Positions 37,270 to 50,074 of a DNA stretch of 64,000 bases are shown here, one piece after another. Source of the stretch: Callorhinchus milii (taxonomy: Eukaryota); assembly GCF_018977255.1 (NCBI RefSeq), contig NW_024704742.1:53940001-54004000 (forward strand), written 5' to 3'. The translations under genes were made by a program, and so were the position numbers. Position 1 is the stretch's first letter; each line of letters starts with the position of its first letter. The notes below the pieces were generated by a model that did no database searches, was not told where the DNA came from, and saw only the letters and a list, made by a program, of their open reading frames with translations.

Positions 37270-37925
37270 GGGACCACAAGACAGGTTTGAATGAAGACCC
37301 TGTGGCCCATTTGATCTCATCCTTCTTGAATACCGACCGAACCATCCTACCATCACAGCATCAAGCTGATTTTTACATTAGTCCAGAATCTCAGCTCCTG
37401 CCGCCCTTCATGGTAGCCTGTTCCTGTAATTATTTACCCTTTGGATAAAGATATATATCCTGGTGTCTGTCTTTAAATTGCACTGTTAAATTCCAAATCC
37501 AACACCTATATCCCCATGTTCTGCTTTCTCACAAAAGTATTGTTCTGATTTACTTCCCTCAATTCCTCTTAAATTCTTGTATACCTCTATAAGGTCTCCT
37601 CTGAGATGTATCTTTTCATAACCGAAGAACCCTAACTTGTCAATTGTTGCTCATAGCTCATTCCTCTAACACCAGCCATCATCTTTGTCGCTTTCCTTTA
37701 CAGTAGCCTTGGGCCCTGTGCAGCCCCCATCCCAAGCTGTAAAATGCAGGGACATGAATATTCTGGAGATTTCTTTTGGGACCAGTAAATATCTATGAGG
37801 AAAGTCCAGGAGGAGGTGGAATGAATGGGCAGCGTGAGTTTCATGATGGGCAGTTTCACGTGGGTGTGGAAAGAGCAGGTTTTGCAGAACAAATGGCCTT
37901 TTCCTATTTCACGCTTTCATACTTT
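37270..37925. mobile_element. CR1 fragments (minus 37270-37770; plus tail to 37925)
   Basis: ttgtatacctctataaggtctcctctgag ('LRGDLIEVYK' on minus); aaatggccttttcct tail. Confidence 0.7.
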
Positions 37926-40701
37926 GCAAGGCACAAAGGTCTAAATAGGTGAACAGAAACTCTCTTCAGCTGTGATCCCCAATATACCCCAGAATGATTG
38001 TCTTTTAGTCACATTGCTTTGGGATATTTTTGCCAGACTCCACAAGTGATACACAGTATTGAGAAGCTGCTGAGCATGCTTGCTCTACCATCCGTTGTGC
38101 AGTTTTGGAAATTGTATTAATATCTTTGTTTTTCCTTGGTTATTTTGGTCCAATTTTAAACTATTTATATAGGAACCTCTTCTAGACACTAGATTTCCAT
38201 CAGGTGTTCTTATATATGGTGGATAAAAATCTCATCATTGTTCCTGAGTCCATTTGATCCCCGTGCTGTCACATTTAGTCTGCTGTGATATTGCCTTTCA
38301 GGTTTTATCTGTAATAGATGCTTGTACTGCAAAATGCCGCAGTTTTTCATTTTTAAGCATTTGTACTTGACAAAAAGCCATTATCAGATTTGAAAATAAG
38401 TTTGTCAAAACAAATAAGCATGTACTCTCTATTAATATAAATCCAAATAATGATTTGCCTTTGTCCCAAAACAATATGCAATGTTTGATGATGTATCACA
38501 CCAGTGTAAGTGTTTACCAGAGCAATTTGACGAGAAATGCATTTTATATTTTAAGATTCATTCTATTGTGACAATTTTTTAGAATAATAAGAAAACTGTA
38601 TTATCCTGTACTAAAGCTAGAGTGATACAACCCTGAAGGAGATTGCAGGTCCTAAAATGTCATTTGCAATGAACGTCATTTTCAGCTGTTTTGAGTGCTG
38701 AAAAGAACTTGCTAGATAACTTGTGAAATGGGTCAGTTTTTGCCTTTCAGGAACTGTAACACTTTGCATTTAACCCTTCCCCATTTTAAAGGTCAGCTCT
38801 TACAATAAAAAAGCCTAAAAGCACATTTGGTCACAATTATTTGGCTTATGTACTAAACCAGAAGGGGCTGCTTTAACTGCTCCAACTTAAGAGTTATTTT
38901 GCCAGAAGGAAGAAGAACCAAAACAACTTCAAGGGCTAAAGTTGCAATAAAAATAAATATTTCAGGCTGCAAACATGACTGCTGCAGCAGTTTGTAAGGT
39001 GGATGCTATAATCTTCAGAGAAACCTCTGGGCCACAATTTAGGAGGGTTCAAGAAGTGCCAAAAACTATTATCGCCTGAAACATAAAAATCCCATTTTTT
39101 TGATCGAGAGCATTGTACTGGTTGATTGAGATATTTAATTTAATATCTAATTTAATGATATACATAGATTATGCAGATGTACATTTTGTTATAGGAATAT
39201 AAGCAATTTGCTGCACAGTATTCACCCATCTAGTTTGATTAAAGGAATATTCCCGCAGAACACTCCAATAATGACCTTGTCTTCAATGTGATTTATTCAC
39301 AAGATTGGTTTTCTGTTTCTTGTCAATTTATACATTTATGGGTGGCCTTCTGATCAGAGCAACTACATTTGTTAATTTCTAGGTTATATCAAGGTTGAGC
39401 ATGATAACTTCAGGGATTGTATGATCAGAAAATCTATGAAATCATGATAATCATTTAGAATTATTTTAGTTACAAAAAATGTTGCTAGTTTTAAATTGTT
39501 ATTATCACAAGATCAGTTCAGAAGTTCCTTCCACTCATTTAATACCTGTCCTAATATTCTTCTAATACATGAGCAACAAATCTGTTATGGAGCCAAGCTT
39601 GTTTTAAAGAATTCTGAAGCCCTGTGTAATTAGTATTCCTTTAAAGTAATTTGCAAGTGCTGAAATTCTTTCAACTACAAAACAACAGAATTATCCTCAG
39701 TGTGATTAATTTATGGAAGTACATTTGCTGAAACAAATCAACATTTTAAAAGCGTTCCCCGTTACATGGTGCCTGTATTTTTAGAATTATTACTGTAGAG
39801 CCATTTGTAGTGAATTTTTTATTACTGATCGTGAATCAAATTACACCAATCTTTGGAATATCGGGGTCATTCCACATTAACACTCGTCTCTTACCCAAGA
39901 CCAGGGCATTTACCAATGGACATGTGACAATGTGAATATGACTGGTCCAGTGGTCAAGTGAATAGATGTTTTTTGCTCAATTTTTTATATAGTGAATGAC
40001 TATTCATTTATTATCTTATGTTCCATTGGATGTTATTTAGCATTATTGTTATGAATGACTTATTGGTTTTTGATCCTACTGGTCAGTGGGGTTCTACAAC
40101 TTTAAATTCTAGAAGTGGGAAGTTTCTTATCTGTTGAATATTGGCTCATAAATTAAGGAATTATTCCTGGAAGATAAACGATATAGAAAGAAATGGATGC
40201 ATTGTAGTACCTTGGCAGCATCTCGGAGATACCCACTGTTTGTTAAGTAACCAGTCGATCAAAAGTTGTGGTAACCATTGTTTCACATTTCCCAAGCTGA
40301 AAATGAGCTTCTTCATCTTATAAGAAATACAATTTACGCGATTCCAGCCAAACCACATTCCGCGGGCCAACTCTGGTCCAAAGGGCCATCTAGAAATGTT
40401 CCACTGAACATTCACACTAGCCTAGATACGTCTGTGTTCGATCGGTAGTGCGTTTTCAGTTTTCTCTTGATTGAATATTTCTTGATTTATGACAGAAATC
40501 AAAAAATAATCATTCAAGGAAATGTATAGGTTGTAGGTTCAAGCCCCAGCTCGGAAGACATTGACACTCATAGAATAAGCTGACACCAGTGCAATGCTGT
40601 CAGAGGTGCATTATCAGCGGTGCTGTCATTCAGTGAAACTTTAAACCAACTTTAAAAGTCTGCCAGTTCAAATGGACATTAAAGATCCCATGACACTATT
40701 C

Positions 40702-42032
40702 AACAACAACAACAACAAAATTACATTTATAGAGCACCTTTCACATTGAGAGAACGTCCCAAAGCGCTGAACAGTCAGGTGTCGGGGCCTGAGCATGGGG
40801 GAGGGGTGGTGTAGGGGTGAGGGAAGGCAGAGAGGTGGGAGGGAGACCAAAGGCCCAGTCGAAGAGAAGGGACTTGAGATTAGCCTTGAAGGAGACAAGG
40901 GAGGAAGTGAGGTGAAGGGACCGTGGGATGGAGTTCCAGAGTGTGGAGGCAGAAAGGCTGAAAGCCCGGCCACCGATGGTAGGGCGGGTCGGGCGGAAGA
41001 CATGGAGCAGGCCGGAGCCCGCTGAACAGAAAGAGTGGGCAGGTTGGTAGGGAGTCAGCAGATCAGAGAGGTAGGAAGGGGCAAGGCTATGGATAGCCTT
41101 AAAGGTGAAAATGAGGATCTTAAACTTGATCCTCTGCGGGATGGGGAGCCAGTAGATTCGGGCGAGGGTGGAGTGATGGGGTCGCGGAGCCTGGTGCGTG
41201 AGAGTACACAAGCTGCGGAGTTTTGGATGATCTGCAGCTTGTGAAGGGAAGAGTTGGGAAGGCCGATGAGGAGGGAGTTCCCGTAATCGAGCCTTGAGGT
41301 GACGAATGCGTGGGTGAGGGTTTTGGCAGCCTGAGGGGTGAGGCAGTGGCGGAGTCTGGCAATGTTGCGGAGGTAATGGTAGGTAGTGCCGGTCATGGTG
41401 CCGATGTGGGGAAAAAAGGACAGTTCAGGGTCAAACAAGATACCCAGGTTCCTGACTGGTTTAGTGAGGTTGAGTGTGCAGCCGTGGAGGCTGATGCTGC
41501 CAGCGCCCGAGGTGTGGAGGCGCTGGCGCGAGCCAATCAGGAGGGCCTCGGTCTTGCTGAAGTTGAGCTGGAGAAAGTTGTTCCTCCTCCAAGACTTGAT
41601 ATCGGACAGGCAGTCGGTCAGGACCTCAGTAGCCCTGGAATTCAGGGTGGAGGCAGAGAGGTAGAGTTGGGTGTCATCCGCATATATGTGGAAATTTACC
41701 CCATGTCTGCGGATGATGTCACCAAGGGGGAGTATGTATAGGGTGTAAAGGAGGGGACCAAGGACAGAGCCCTGAGGAACACCACACGAGACAGTGCGGG
41801 GACTGGAGGAGAAGCCGTTTGCTGCAACGAAGTGGAGGCGGTGTGAAAGGTAGGACCTGAACCAGTCAAGGAAAGAAGCTTGAAGGCTGAGGTGGGAGGA
41901 GAGGCGGTGGAGGAGGATTGAATGGTCAACGGTGTCAAAGGCGGCGGAGAGGTCGAGGAGGGCGAGGATGCAGAGGGATCCCTGGTCACACATGGTCAGG
42001 ATGTCATTTGTGACCTTGACCAGAGCAGTTTC
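40702..42032 (-). mobile_element. 5'-truncated young L2 LINE containing the RT domain
   Basis: RT motifs plus the C-terminal domain and a complete 3' tail with (TTG)n. Confidence 0.97.
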
Positions 42033-42047
42033 CTTCTCCCTTCTCAA
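41055..42047 (-). pseudogene. L2 ORF2 reverse transcriptase fragment (5'-truncated; frameshift near 41175)
   Basis: 'LLDLSAAFDTVDH', 'GVPQGSVLGPLLY', 'YADDTQLY', 'FVTSRLDYGNSLL'; the C-terminus continues in ORF 40741-41211 ('WLPIPQRIKFKIL...TIGGRAFS'). Confidence 0.93.
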
Positions 42048-44250
42048 AAAGAGAAAGGAGTTTCACCCGGTGTTCTGGCCAACAAATCCCCCAAAATAAA
42101 AGTGGTTGTTCTCTTCATGGTTGTTTATGGGAAAATTGTTGTGCACAAATGGCCTCCACTTTCATCTAAAATACACAATCACTACATTTTACAGCAGAGT
42201 CTCTCAAGCACTTTGACATTTTTGATGACATGAAATGCGTTATATCAAATGTAAGTATTGTTATTATTACTATTATCCCAGTTCATGCACACATCCACCA
42301 CAACTGTTCAAGGGAATAACACAGAGTCACAACCATTCGCATCCAATGCAGATGAGCATTTATTGAGCAGAAAAAATGTCACACCTCCATTGGCCAAAAG
42401 CCTAATCACGTCATAGGCATCAGTGATCCATATCCCAAACAGAGCAATAGATACTGTGAACAGTGGGCCCAGCTTCAAAATGTAAATGATGTAGTATAAG
42501 CAGAAGCATCATATGAACAATATTACATTACAGCCAGATTTCACATTATTGTGGACGAGAGGTCAGATAGGATGTACTTATCCATTTCATGCAGCTTTTC
42601 TCTTTCAATGCCAGTTCCAAGCTTGTTTTATTGGCCTTGAGCTAAATTGCTGTTTGCAGACCTATTTCTGGTGTCTGAAAATCTTGTTGGAAACTTGTAA
42701 CCACCTGTTGCAACAGAAGAATGTCAATCTACACAGTACTGAAATGTCCAGGTATCTTTCTATTGCCAGGAAAACATCTGACACCTTGAAATTCATCTGT
42801 TGCCTCTTCTCAGGGATACCTGAAGACTGGCAGTCAAACTCAGCAACATTAGCATTAACTCGGATGGGTGACATGCAAAATCAGCTGGACAATACTGGCA
42901 TAAAGGTCAATATCTGCAGAACCCACTTTACAAGGCGACAACAGTAGATAATCACAAACCAGTCAAGCAATATGTCAAACTTATTCAAAGAGTGAAGAAT
43001 GAGTCTATTTTACAGAGTGATCACAGTGTGTGTGTGTATACTAATCATTGAGGCAAGTTAGAGAATCTTGGAAATATTGGGCTAACACATTTTGATCAAC
43101 TATATATAAAATCAACGGTGTGAAACTTTCAACCTTCTGTTAGATGTTCAGAATGAGCCTGAAAAGTGCTGATACAGCTTGACCTACTTGTTAGCTATTC
43201 AAAGGAGAAATTAATCAATGAAGAATCCAGGATCTAAACAAATATAAAAATAGAAAGAAAATCGACTTAAGGGTTTCACGAGTAGCAATTTCTCAATAAT
43301 GAAAACACTAATACCTCACACCAACTTGCAGTAACCTATTTTTGGAGTGGAGTTTCCATGGGTCTATTTGATCTGTCTGATAAAGAATGCAAATGGGTCT
43401 CCTTCTGGTAATAGAAAGTACACCGCATACATCAATATGGGAACTCTGGCCTGAAAGTAACATATTGCATTAAAAATCACCAAAATTGTTTTACTCGGTA
43501 CTATAAACAGAAGAGACACCAGAGATTGAAATCCTTGATGAATAGAAGAGTCAGTCTTGGATTCAGTCTGTAATCTGTTCAAAATTATAGTTTCCGCATG
43601 ATATTCATTTTCACATCTAATTCTTATCATTTCACTTGCAATGCTTACCTAATAAAGCATCAACAGAATATGTGATGAGTATTCTGAGTTATCTATTTAA
43701 TCTATTTATGGATATCAATCATATCTCATGATTTCACCACATATTTCCGGCAGCTATGAGCAACAAATTTCAAAGACCAATTTTGAATGTTCTGTACTAT
43801 AACATGTGAATCTGCAATCTCAGTCACGTACATCTTCAGATGGTACCCAGAAGGGATAGATCCAGAATAGTCATTGCTGATGAGGCTAATGCACCCTCAA
43901 GGTGGACAGTAGATTGGAATGAAGCGAAGGATTATCCAACCGAGACCCCTCCAATGCTATTTACTTTGATTGCTTTTCATTTCCTCCATCAAATGTTACC
44001 TCCTTAAACTTCACTCCCCTCTCTTGAAGGTAGTATTGTTTTTGATCAGTCAGATGTCTTGACACATAAAATCCTTCACTATTGCTAATGAATATTCAAA
44101 TTGACTCATGTCAGAAGGATGCTTCACAAGGTTTTACTAAGGTGTAGTTACTACATATTTTGTAGATGAACAGTATATACTTTAGATGTGCACTTTAGGT
44201 TCTTGCTAAATAAATCTAGGAGAATAGTAGGGTATGTCAATCAATGAATC

Positions 44251-44353
44251 ATAACAATAATCCTTGCATTTGAAATTGAGCTTTTCACGTCTTCTAGACG
44301 TCTCAAAGTGCTTCACAGAATATAGTGTAAAGTGAATTGATTGTATATTTGTG
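44251..44353 (-). mobile_element. SINE 3' tail downstream of the U1 retrocopy
   Basis: CACAAATATACAATCAATTCACTTTAC...GAGACGTCTAGAAGACGTGAAAAG...AAATGCAAGGATTATTG on minus. Confidence 0.9.
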
Positions 44354-44388
44354 AATCATACATTATCCATACTCTGATCCTTGCATTT

Positions 44389-44531
44389 TCCCCCACTACC
44401 ACAAATTTTGCAGTCGAGTATCCCGCATTTGGGGACATCGCAGGCATCAGCACACCCGAAGTGCAATGGGTTAGCCTCGTCCTGGGAGAACCACCTTCAT
44501 GATCATGGTGTCTCCCCTGCCAGGTAAGTAT
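44389..44531 (-). pseudogene. RNU1: U1 snRNA retrocopy (nt 1-143, 3'-truncated in stem-loop IV)
   Basis: Minus strand reads ATACTTACCTGGCAGGGGAGACACCATGATCATGAAGGTGG...CCATTGCACTTCGG...AAATTTGTGGTAGTGGGGGA. It includes the 5'SS-pairing end, the U1A loop ATTGCAC and the Sm site ATTTGTG, and lacks the final ~21 nt. Confidence 0.95.
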
Positions 44532-45054
44532 CAAAGTATCATCCTTTGTATATTAAAACTATTTTCTATTAATTCTTAGGAAATCTAGCTCTATGTTTTA
44601 TATATCTATGGGCATGATAAGCACTTCAATAAAGTAAAGAAACACTTAAATTTTCAGCTACTGGATGTATAGAGAATTATGGATACCCTGGAGTGAATAC
44701 AAGCCAAAAACCTTATCAAAGGCTTCAGATGAAGTTATAAAGTCTTAGAGCAAAGCTAAACAAGTTTACAGCTGTTATCTGAACCTTTAGATAAGATTAC
44801 AGCTTAAATCACGCCAAGCTTTTTTCTTAATGTAATAGTTTGTGGGGATATTTTAATCTGTTTGAGTCAATACATTATAGGTTGTCAGCATTTGTAGAGT
44901 TGGCCTATCAGCTAATTAATGTGTAATGTATACAGTTAATGATTAATGATAGTGGCCAAGCTGATCAAGTGAAGTAGCACACAGTGGATTGAGCACAGTA
45001 TTCATACCTTTCTGCCTTTGACTGCCATAAAAATGATTGAAATGTCATAAAAAC

Positions 45055-45290
45055 TTTAAATTACACAATGGTATGACATTGAAAAAGGCCATTTGGTCTA
45101 ACTAGTCTTTGCTGGTGTTTGTACTCCACACGAGTACCTACCCCTCCTTATTCCCCTCTTCTATACCCCTCTATTCCTTTTCTCCATCAGGTATGCTTTC
45201 TCTTCAGTACATTTGATTTAATTTGCTTCAACCAAGGCTTCCAGCAGCAAGTTCCACATCCTCACCACCCTTTGTGAGAGGTAGTTCCTC
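45055..45290 (-). mobile_element. CR1 3' end
   Basis: aaaggccatttggtc...gcttcaacc...gcaagttccacatcctcaccaccctttgtg. Confidence 0.7.
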
Positions 45291-45404
45291 CTAAACATAT
45301 GGGGATGAACTACGAAGAATAATAAGATAAGTCAAGGTTCTGCAGTCACAAAAAGATAGTTCAGAATGTAAGTTATAGAGGTATATTAGATACTTAATGG
45401 GTAC

Positions 45405-45725
45405 ATAATAATAATAATAATAATCCTCGCATTTGATATAGCACTTTTCACGTCTTCTAGACGTCCCAAAGCGCTTCACAGAATATACTGTAAAGTGAAT
45501 TGACTGTATATTTGTGGGCGAACGCGGCAGCCAATTGCGCAAAGCAGTGTCCCACAAACAGTCGTAGATTGAAAATGACCAATTTATTATTGTTTTTTTT
45601 TGGAAGGATTATTATTAGGCGTGTGGAGTAAGGAAACTTGCCCAAGGTTTCGCCCTGCCTGGAATTGAACTCAGGTCTCTCGCTTGCAAAGCGAGTGCTC
45701 TAACCACTGAGCTACAGGACTCCAC
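45405..45725 (-). mobile_element. Young tRNA-derived SINE, short subfamily
   Basis: Complete copy starting GTGGAGTCCTGTAGCTCAGTGG. Confidence 0.95.
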
Positions 45726-45729
45726 AGTT

Positions 45730-46370
45730 CAGTGAAGACAGCAGGTGGAAGAATGGGATGTGAGCAGATCGGGGAGTAGGGCATTGTCGAGGCGTCAAGA
45801 GATTTGAAAGTAAGAGTGAGAATTTTGAAATTGCTCCATTCTGCAACAGGGAGCCAGTGGAGCCTGCCAAGAACTTAGGCGATGGGAGTTTGGAGCCTGG
45901 TACCAGTGATTCACTTGAACCTTGTTAACATGGCACTCGGGAGACTGGTGAGGAGCGCATTGGAAAAATCAAGGCAGGAGCTGTCGAATGCACGAATGAG
46001 AATTTCAGCAGTATTTGAAGTAAGATAGGGGTGAAGGCAGGTGATGTGTAGAGCTGGAGGAAGTAAGTCCTGATCAAGGACCAGTTGTGGGATAGAAAGG
46101 ATAACTGGGGATCAAACCTGACACCGAGGTTGCATGCAGGTTCGGTGAGTCTGAGGGAAGATTAAGGAATTCCCAATCGCAGGTGGGAATATGTTGATGA
46201 GAACCAGAGGATGGTTTTCATCATGTCGATGTTCAGCTGCAGAAAGTTAGCACTCATCCAAGCCTTGATGTCAGACAAACAGCAGTCAGAACATTCATAG
46301 AACTAGGTCACCACTAGAGGAAGAAAAATAGATTTGGGTATCATCCATATACATGTGGAGGTTGATGGAG
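45730..46370 (-). mobile_element. Old L2 RT/C-terminal fragment
   Basis: Minus 'NLHMYMDDTQIYF' at about 46325-46363; 'SDIKAWMSANFLQLNI'. Confidence 0.8.
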
Positions 46371-47164
46371 GTCACATTTTCTTGCTTTAGTGCTGCTTCA
46401 CCAGCTTAATCCAAACCTTCATTCCATGAAATGCCAGACTCCACTGCGGCAATAACAATGGGCCATTGTTACAGGGTGACAAAACATGGTACCAACGTTT
46501 AATGGAGCTGGTGGGTGGTGGGGGAGGTGGAGTTCACATGGTGTCAACCATGTCAAATTGAATGGTTTAACTATAATTTTAATAATATCATCACATGTCA
46601 CATTTTCCACCCACTGGGAACACAGGAACATTTGGCCATCAAGCATACTTCATTATTAATTCCTCAAGATTTGTACAGATTACAGGATTCCCAGTAACAG
46701 TTTCAAATTATAGCACAATCTTACCTTGCTTGAAGTACTGAAAAATGCCTCACCACTGTATTAAGTGACAGTAACACTCTAAAAAGACAGTCCAGGAGCA
46801 CATTTCAAACCTAAATAAAGTTTTACATCAATTCATTGAAAAATGAGTGGTATGAAAATTTGTGAATCGCTTAAGCAAGCTCGTTAATTTCTTAAATGCA
46901 ACTCCATATATAAAGCTTTCTTGTTGGTTGATGAAAATATTGACGACGACAACAACAACTTGCATTTACATAGCATCCTTCATGCGAGGTAACATTTCGG
47001 AGCGCTAAACAATGTCGCAGATTGATGCGAAAATTATTTAGACAATATTCAGATAGACACCAAAGATAGAAATAACTGGGTAGTTATTAAGATAGATCTG
47101 AGGGACACTTGTATCACCATTTTTCTACCACATAAGTGGTACAAAGGGAAAGCATAACATTTTT

Positions 47165-47630
47165 TATTATAGTACATTATTATTTCTGCTTCTGCGTGCT
47201 GTAACAGAGTCAGACTTTTATACTTCATACTCAAGATCATACTTCATCTCCCAATCCTGATAAAAAGATGAATGCATACTCATTCCTTATGTGACTTTCA
47301 CAATTAGTACACAGTCACTACACTTCACAATAAAATCCTGCGAAACACTTTGAGACTTCTCGACAACATAATAAAGCCCTATAACAAATGGAAGGATTAT
47401 TATTAACAGCCACAACTGAGTAAAGTTACAAGGGGCCCTCACAGAATAATTGTGTGCAGATAGGTCAATATTGAGTGCAAATAATATGTGGATGGATAGA
47501 TGTTTATCTTTGAAGATCAGAAAGTACTTATTCAGAACTATTTAATCGGGATTGGGAGATGAAGTATCTTCTTGTGAAATTCTGACACTGTTACAGCATG
47601 CAGAGGCAGAAATAATAATGTGCTATAATA
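47165..47630. repeat. Fold-back/MITE-like element with ~100-bp inverted arms
   Basis: 47165-47275 is the reverse complement of 47530-47630 with few mismatches and one indel. Confidence 0.75.
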
Positions 47631-47729
47631 TATAGTGCAAACTGTGCTATTTCTCAATGATGTAAAGCATTAGCATTTGTGAACCTAGATCACAATCATT
47701 AATCGTTCACTGTGGACAAAATTACACAT

Positions 47730-47917
47730 TATAATAAAAAATAATAATCCTTGCATTTGATATAGCGCTTTTCACATCTTCGAGATGTCTCAAAGCGTTT
47801 CAAAGAATATACTGTAAAGTGAAATTGTGTATATTTGACTGTTTATTTGTGGGCAAAATGTGGTAGCCAATTGTGCCGCTTGTGAGGCGAGTGCTCTAGC
47901 CACTGAGCTACAGGACT
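47730..47917 (-). mobile_element. Internally deleted tRNA-SINE
   Basis: The head (gagtgctctagccactgagctacaggac) is fused directly to the Deu-like 3' part. Confidence 0.8.
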
Positions 47918-48774
47918 AAATATCTGGAATGTTACAGTATCAGGTCATTCAGCTGGATAAGAGAGGTACAGAGGCACTCACTTTTGATTTCAATGCTTTG
48001 TTCCGTGACAGGTCCATATAATGAAGATTAATTGGAAACATTGATATTAAACAATAGGAAATAATTAAAACAATTAAAAATAGGAAATATCCTCCAAGTC
48101 TATGTGATATTAATTAATACCATTAATTAATTATACATTAATTAGATAGCTACATAAACAAACAGGAGTAAATCATTCAGTCCATCAAGCTATTTTACTA
48201 CAGTAGTTGATGCAGTTCTTTATCTTTCGAATCCTATTTTTCTGTCTTTTCTCCCTTAATTACGTTACTTCCCAAAAAGAACATTATCTGCAGGGAATAC
48301 CCTATGCAACAGGTCGTTTCTGTCAGGCATACAGCTGCAGTGAGGATATGCTAAGCTCTCTTTATTCTGGATTGCCCTACAAGAGTCCCTCATCAATTAC
48401 TTTGTCAATTCTCTATATTAGTTTACACACCTCAACCAGATCATCTCTTACCTTCCTCAGCTAAGGAAGAGTATAACCCAGCCTCTGATATAGCTGATTG
48501 GCTGTTATTCTCCACAATTTTACCAGTCTAAAGCAAAAACAAATTGAACTCAAAACATTAATCTATCATTGAAATCAGCATTATTCAATCCTGTTTCGTT
48601 ACATTCCAGAGATTCAAATTCTCATCAGCACTAACACCACAGTGAGTTGCAGAGTGTTAGCAGGATTTGAACCATCTATAAATAGTAGGGAGCTTCCCCA
48701 CAAATACTCTCTCATCCAAATTCACCCAAAACATGTTTTACATTTAAATGGTGTTGATACATTGCTGGCATCCA

Positions 48775-49297
48775 GCACCAGAACTCTGCACCCTCATGTC
48801 CTCTCCTTCAGCAGGCTCCAGAGCCAATCACCCCCATTCTCACCCAACTCCTTTGGCTCCCATCCCCCAGAGAGTTCAATTCAAAATCCTCATCATCCCT
48901 TTTAAATCCCTCCACAGTTCACCGTACCTCTGCGTCCCTCTTAAATCCTACCAAACCACCAGCTCCCACCAGATACTGGCCTGCTTCACATCCCCCGCCC
49001 TATCCGCCCGCCCACTGGACCATCAGGGGTTGGATTTTCACCTGCTCCCACTCTCTGGAATTCTATCCCAAAGTTCCTTTGCCTCGCCCTTTCCCTCCTT
49101 CATGGTCCGCCTGAAGACCTTCCTCCTTGACTGCGTTTTCAGTCACCTTCACCCCTTCCTCAATCCCACCCTCCTTGGCGCCCACCCTTTTCGAATCTAA
49201 TCCCCAGATCAAGTGGAAACTCTCGATTGTCTAACACCTTGGGACATCCCCTCAATGTGAAAAGGATTATATACATTTGTTGTTGGTGGTGGTGGTG
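48775..49297 (+). mobile_element. L2 3' fragment
   Basis: 'PQRVQFKILIIPFKSLH...LKTFLLD' and the L2 tail. Confidence 0.85.
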
Positions 49298-50074
49298 TGA
49301 ATTGCCAATTGTTCTGTATGTTTGCCGGCAGAACAAAAGTTACTACACTTCAAAATAACATAATTTTGTCAAGTCTTTTGAGTCACTTTGACTTGATAAA
49401 ATGCTATTGCAAATACACAGATTCTTTATTTTTATTATCTACACCACACTAACACCTTTAGCTGTTTAGATGTAGATATTTGTCCAACCCCTATCAAATA
49501 ATGTATTAACTTTAATGGGAATACAGACCACAATAAGGGAGGCACCAGTTTCAAAACAACTGTGTCCACAATGTGTACAAAAAAATCAATATATTCTTAC
49601 ACAATTGGAAATGTTAAAATGATAGTTTACATTTTATGAAATATCATTATTTTTAAACAGTGACAGCCATCATCGAGACTTCTACTAAAAATTAAACACA
49701 ATTAACTACCAAGGTCTTTCTTTCATCTATTTCTGAGATTCATTTCAAATTATTTTTGTTTAAACAATCTACTGATGGCCCAATCAGAGTAAATAGCTGG
49801 GAGGAACTGTTAATTTCCACAATGTAACGGAGGTGGATAAAAATAATTTTTCAGGATTCCATTTTGACTTCAAGCAAAACATTCAAAGAACATACAATGT
49901 TTGATATATTGGCATATATAATGTATAATTTCTCTGACATTCAGTTGTCATTGTTTTCTTACTCACTACTGTGCATGCGGAACAACTACCTTTTCATTCT
50001 AATCTACAATGATACTTATTAATTTTAAATCTGTCTCCACTAGTTTTCTGCTCAGGGTTTACATCAAATAAAAC

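Larger units (their letters stand above)
40525..42270 (+). mobile_element. Deu-domain SINE split by an L2 insertion (40525-40701 and 42044-42270)
   Basis: aaagatcccatgacactattc | L2 | caaaaagagaaaggagtttc restores a contiguous Deu core. Confidence 0.85.

Noticed and set aside
42513-42947. 144-aa ORF
   Set aside because: No recognisable domain or coding signature
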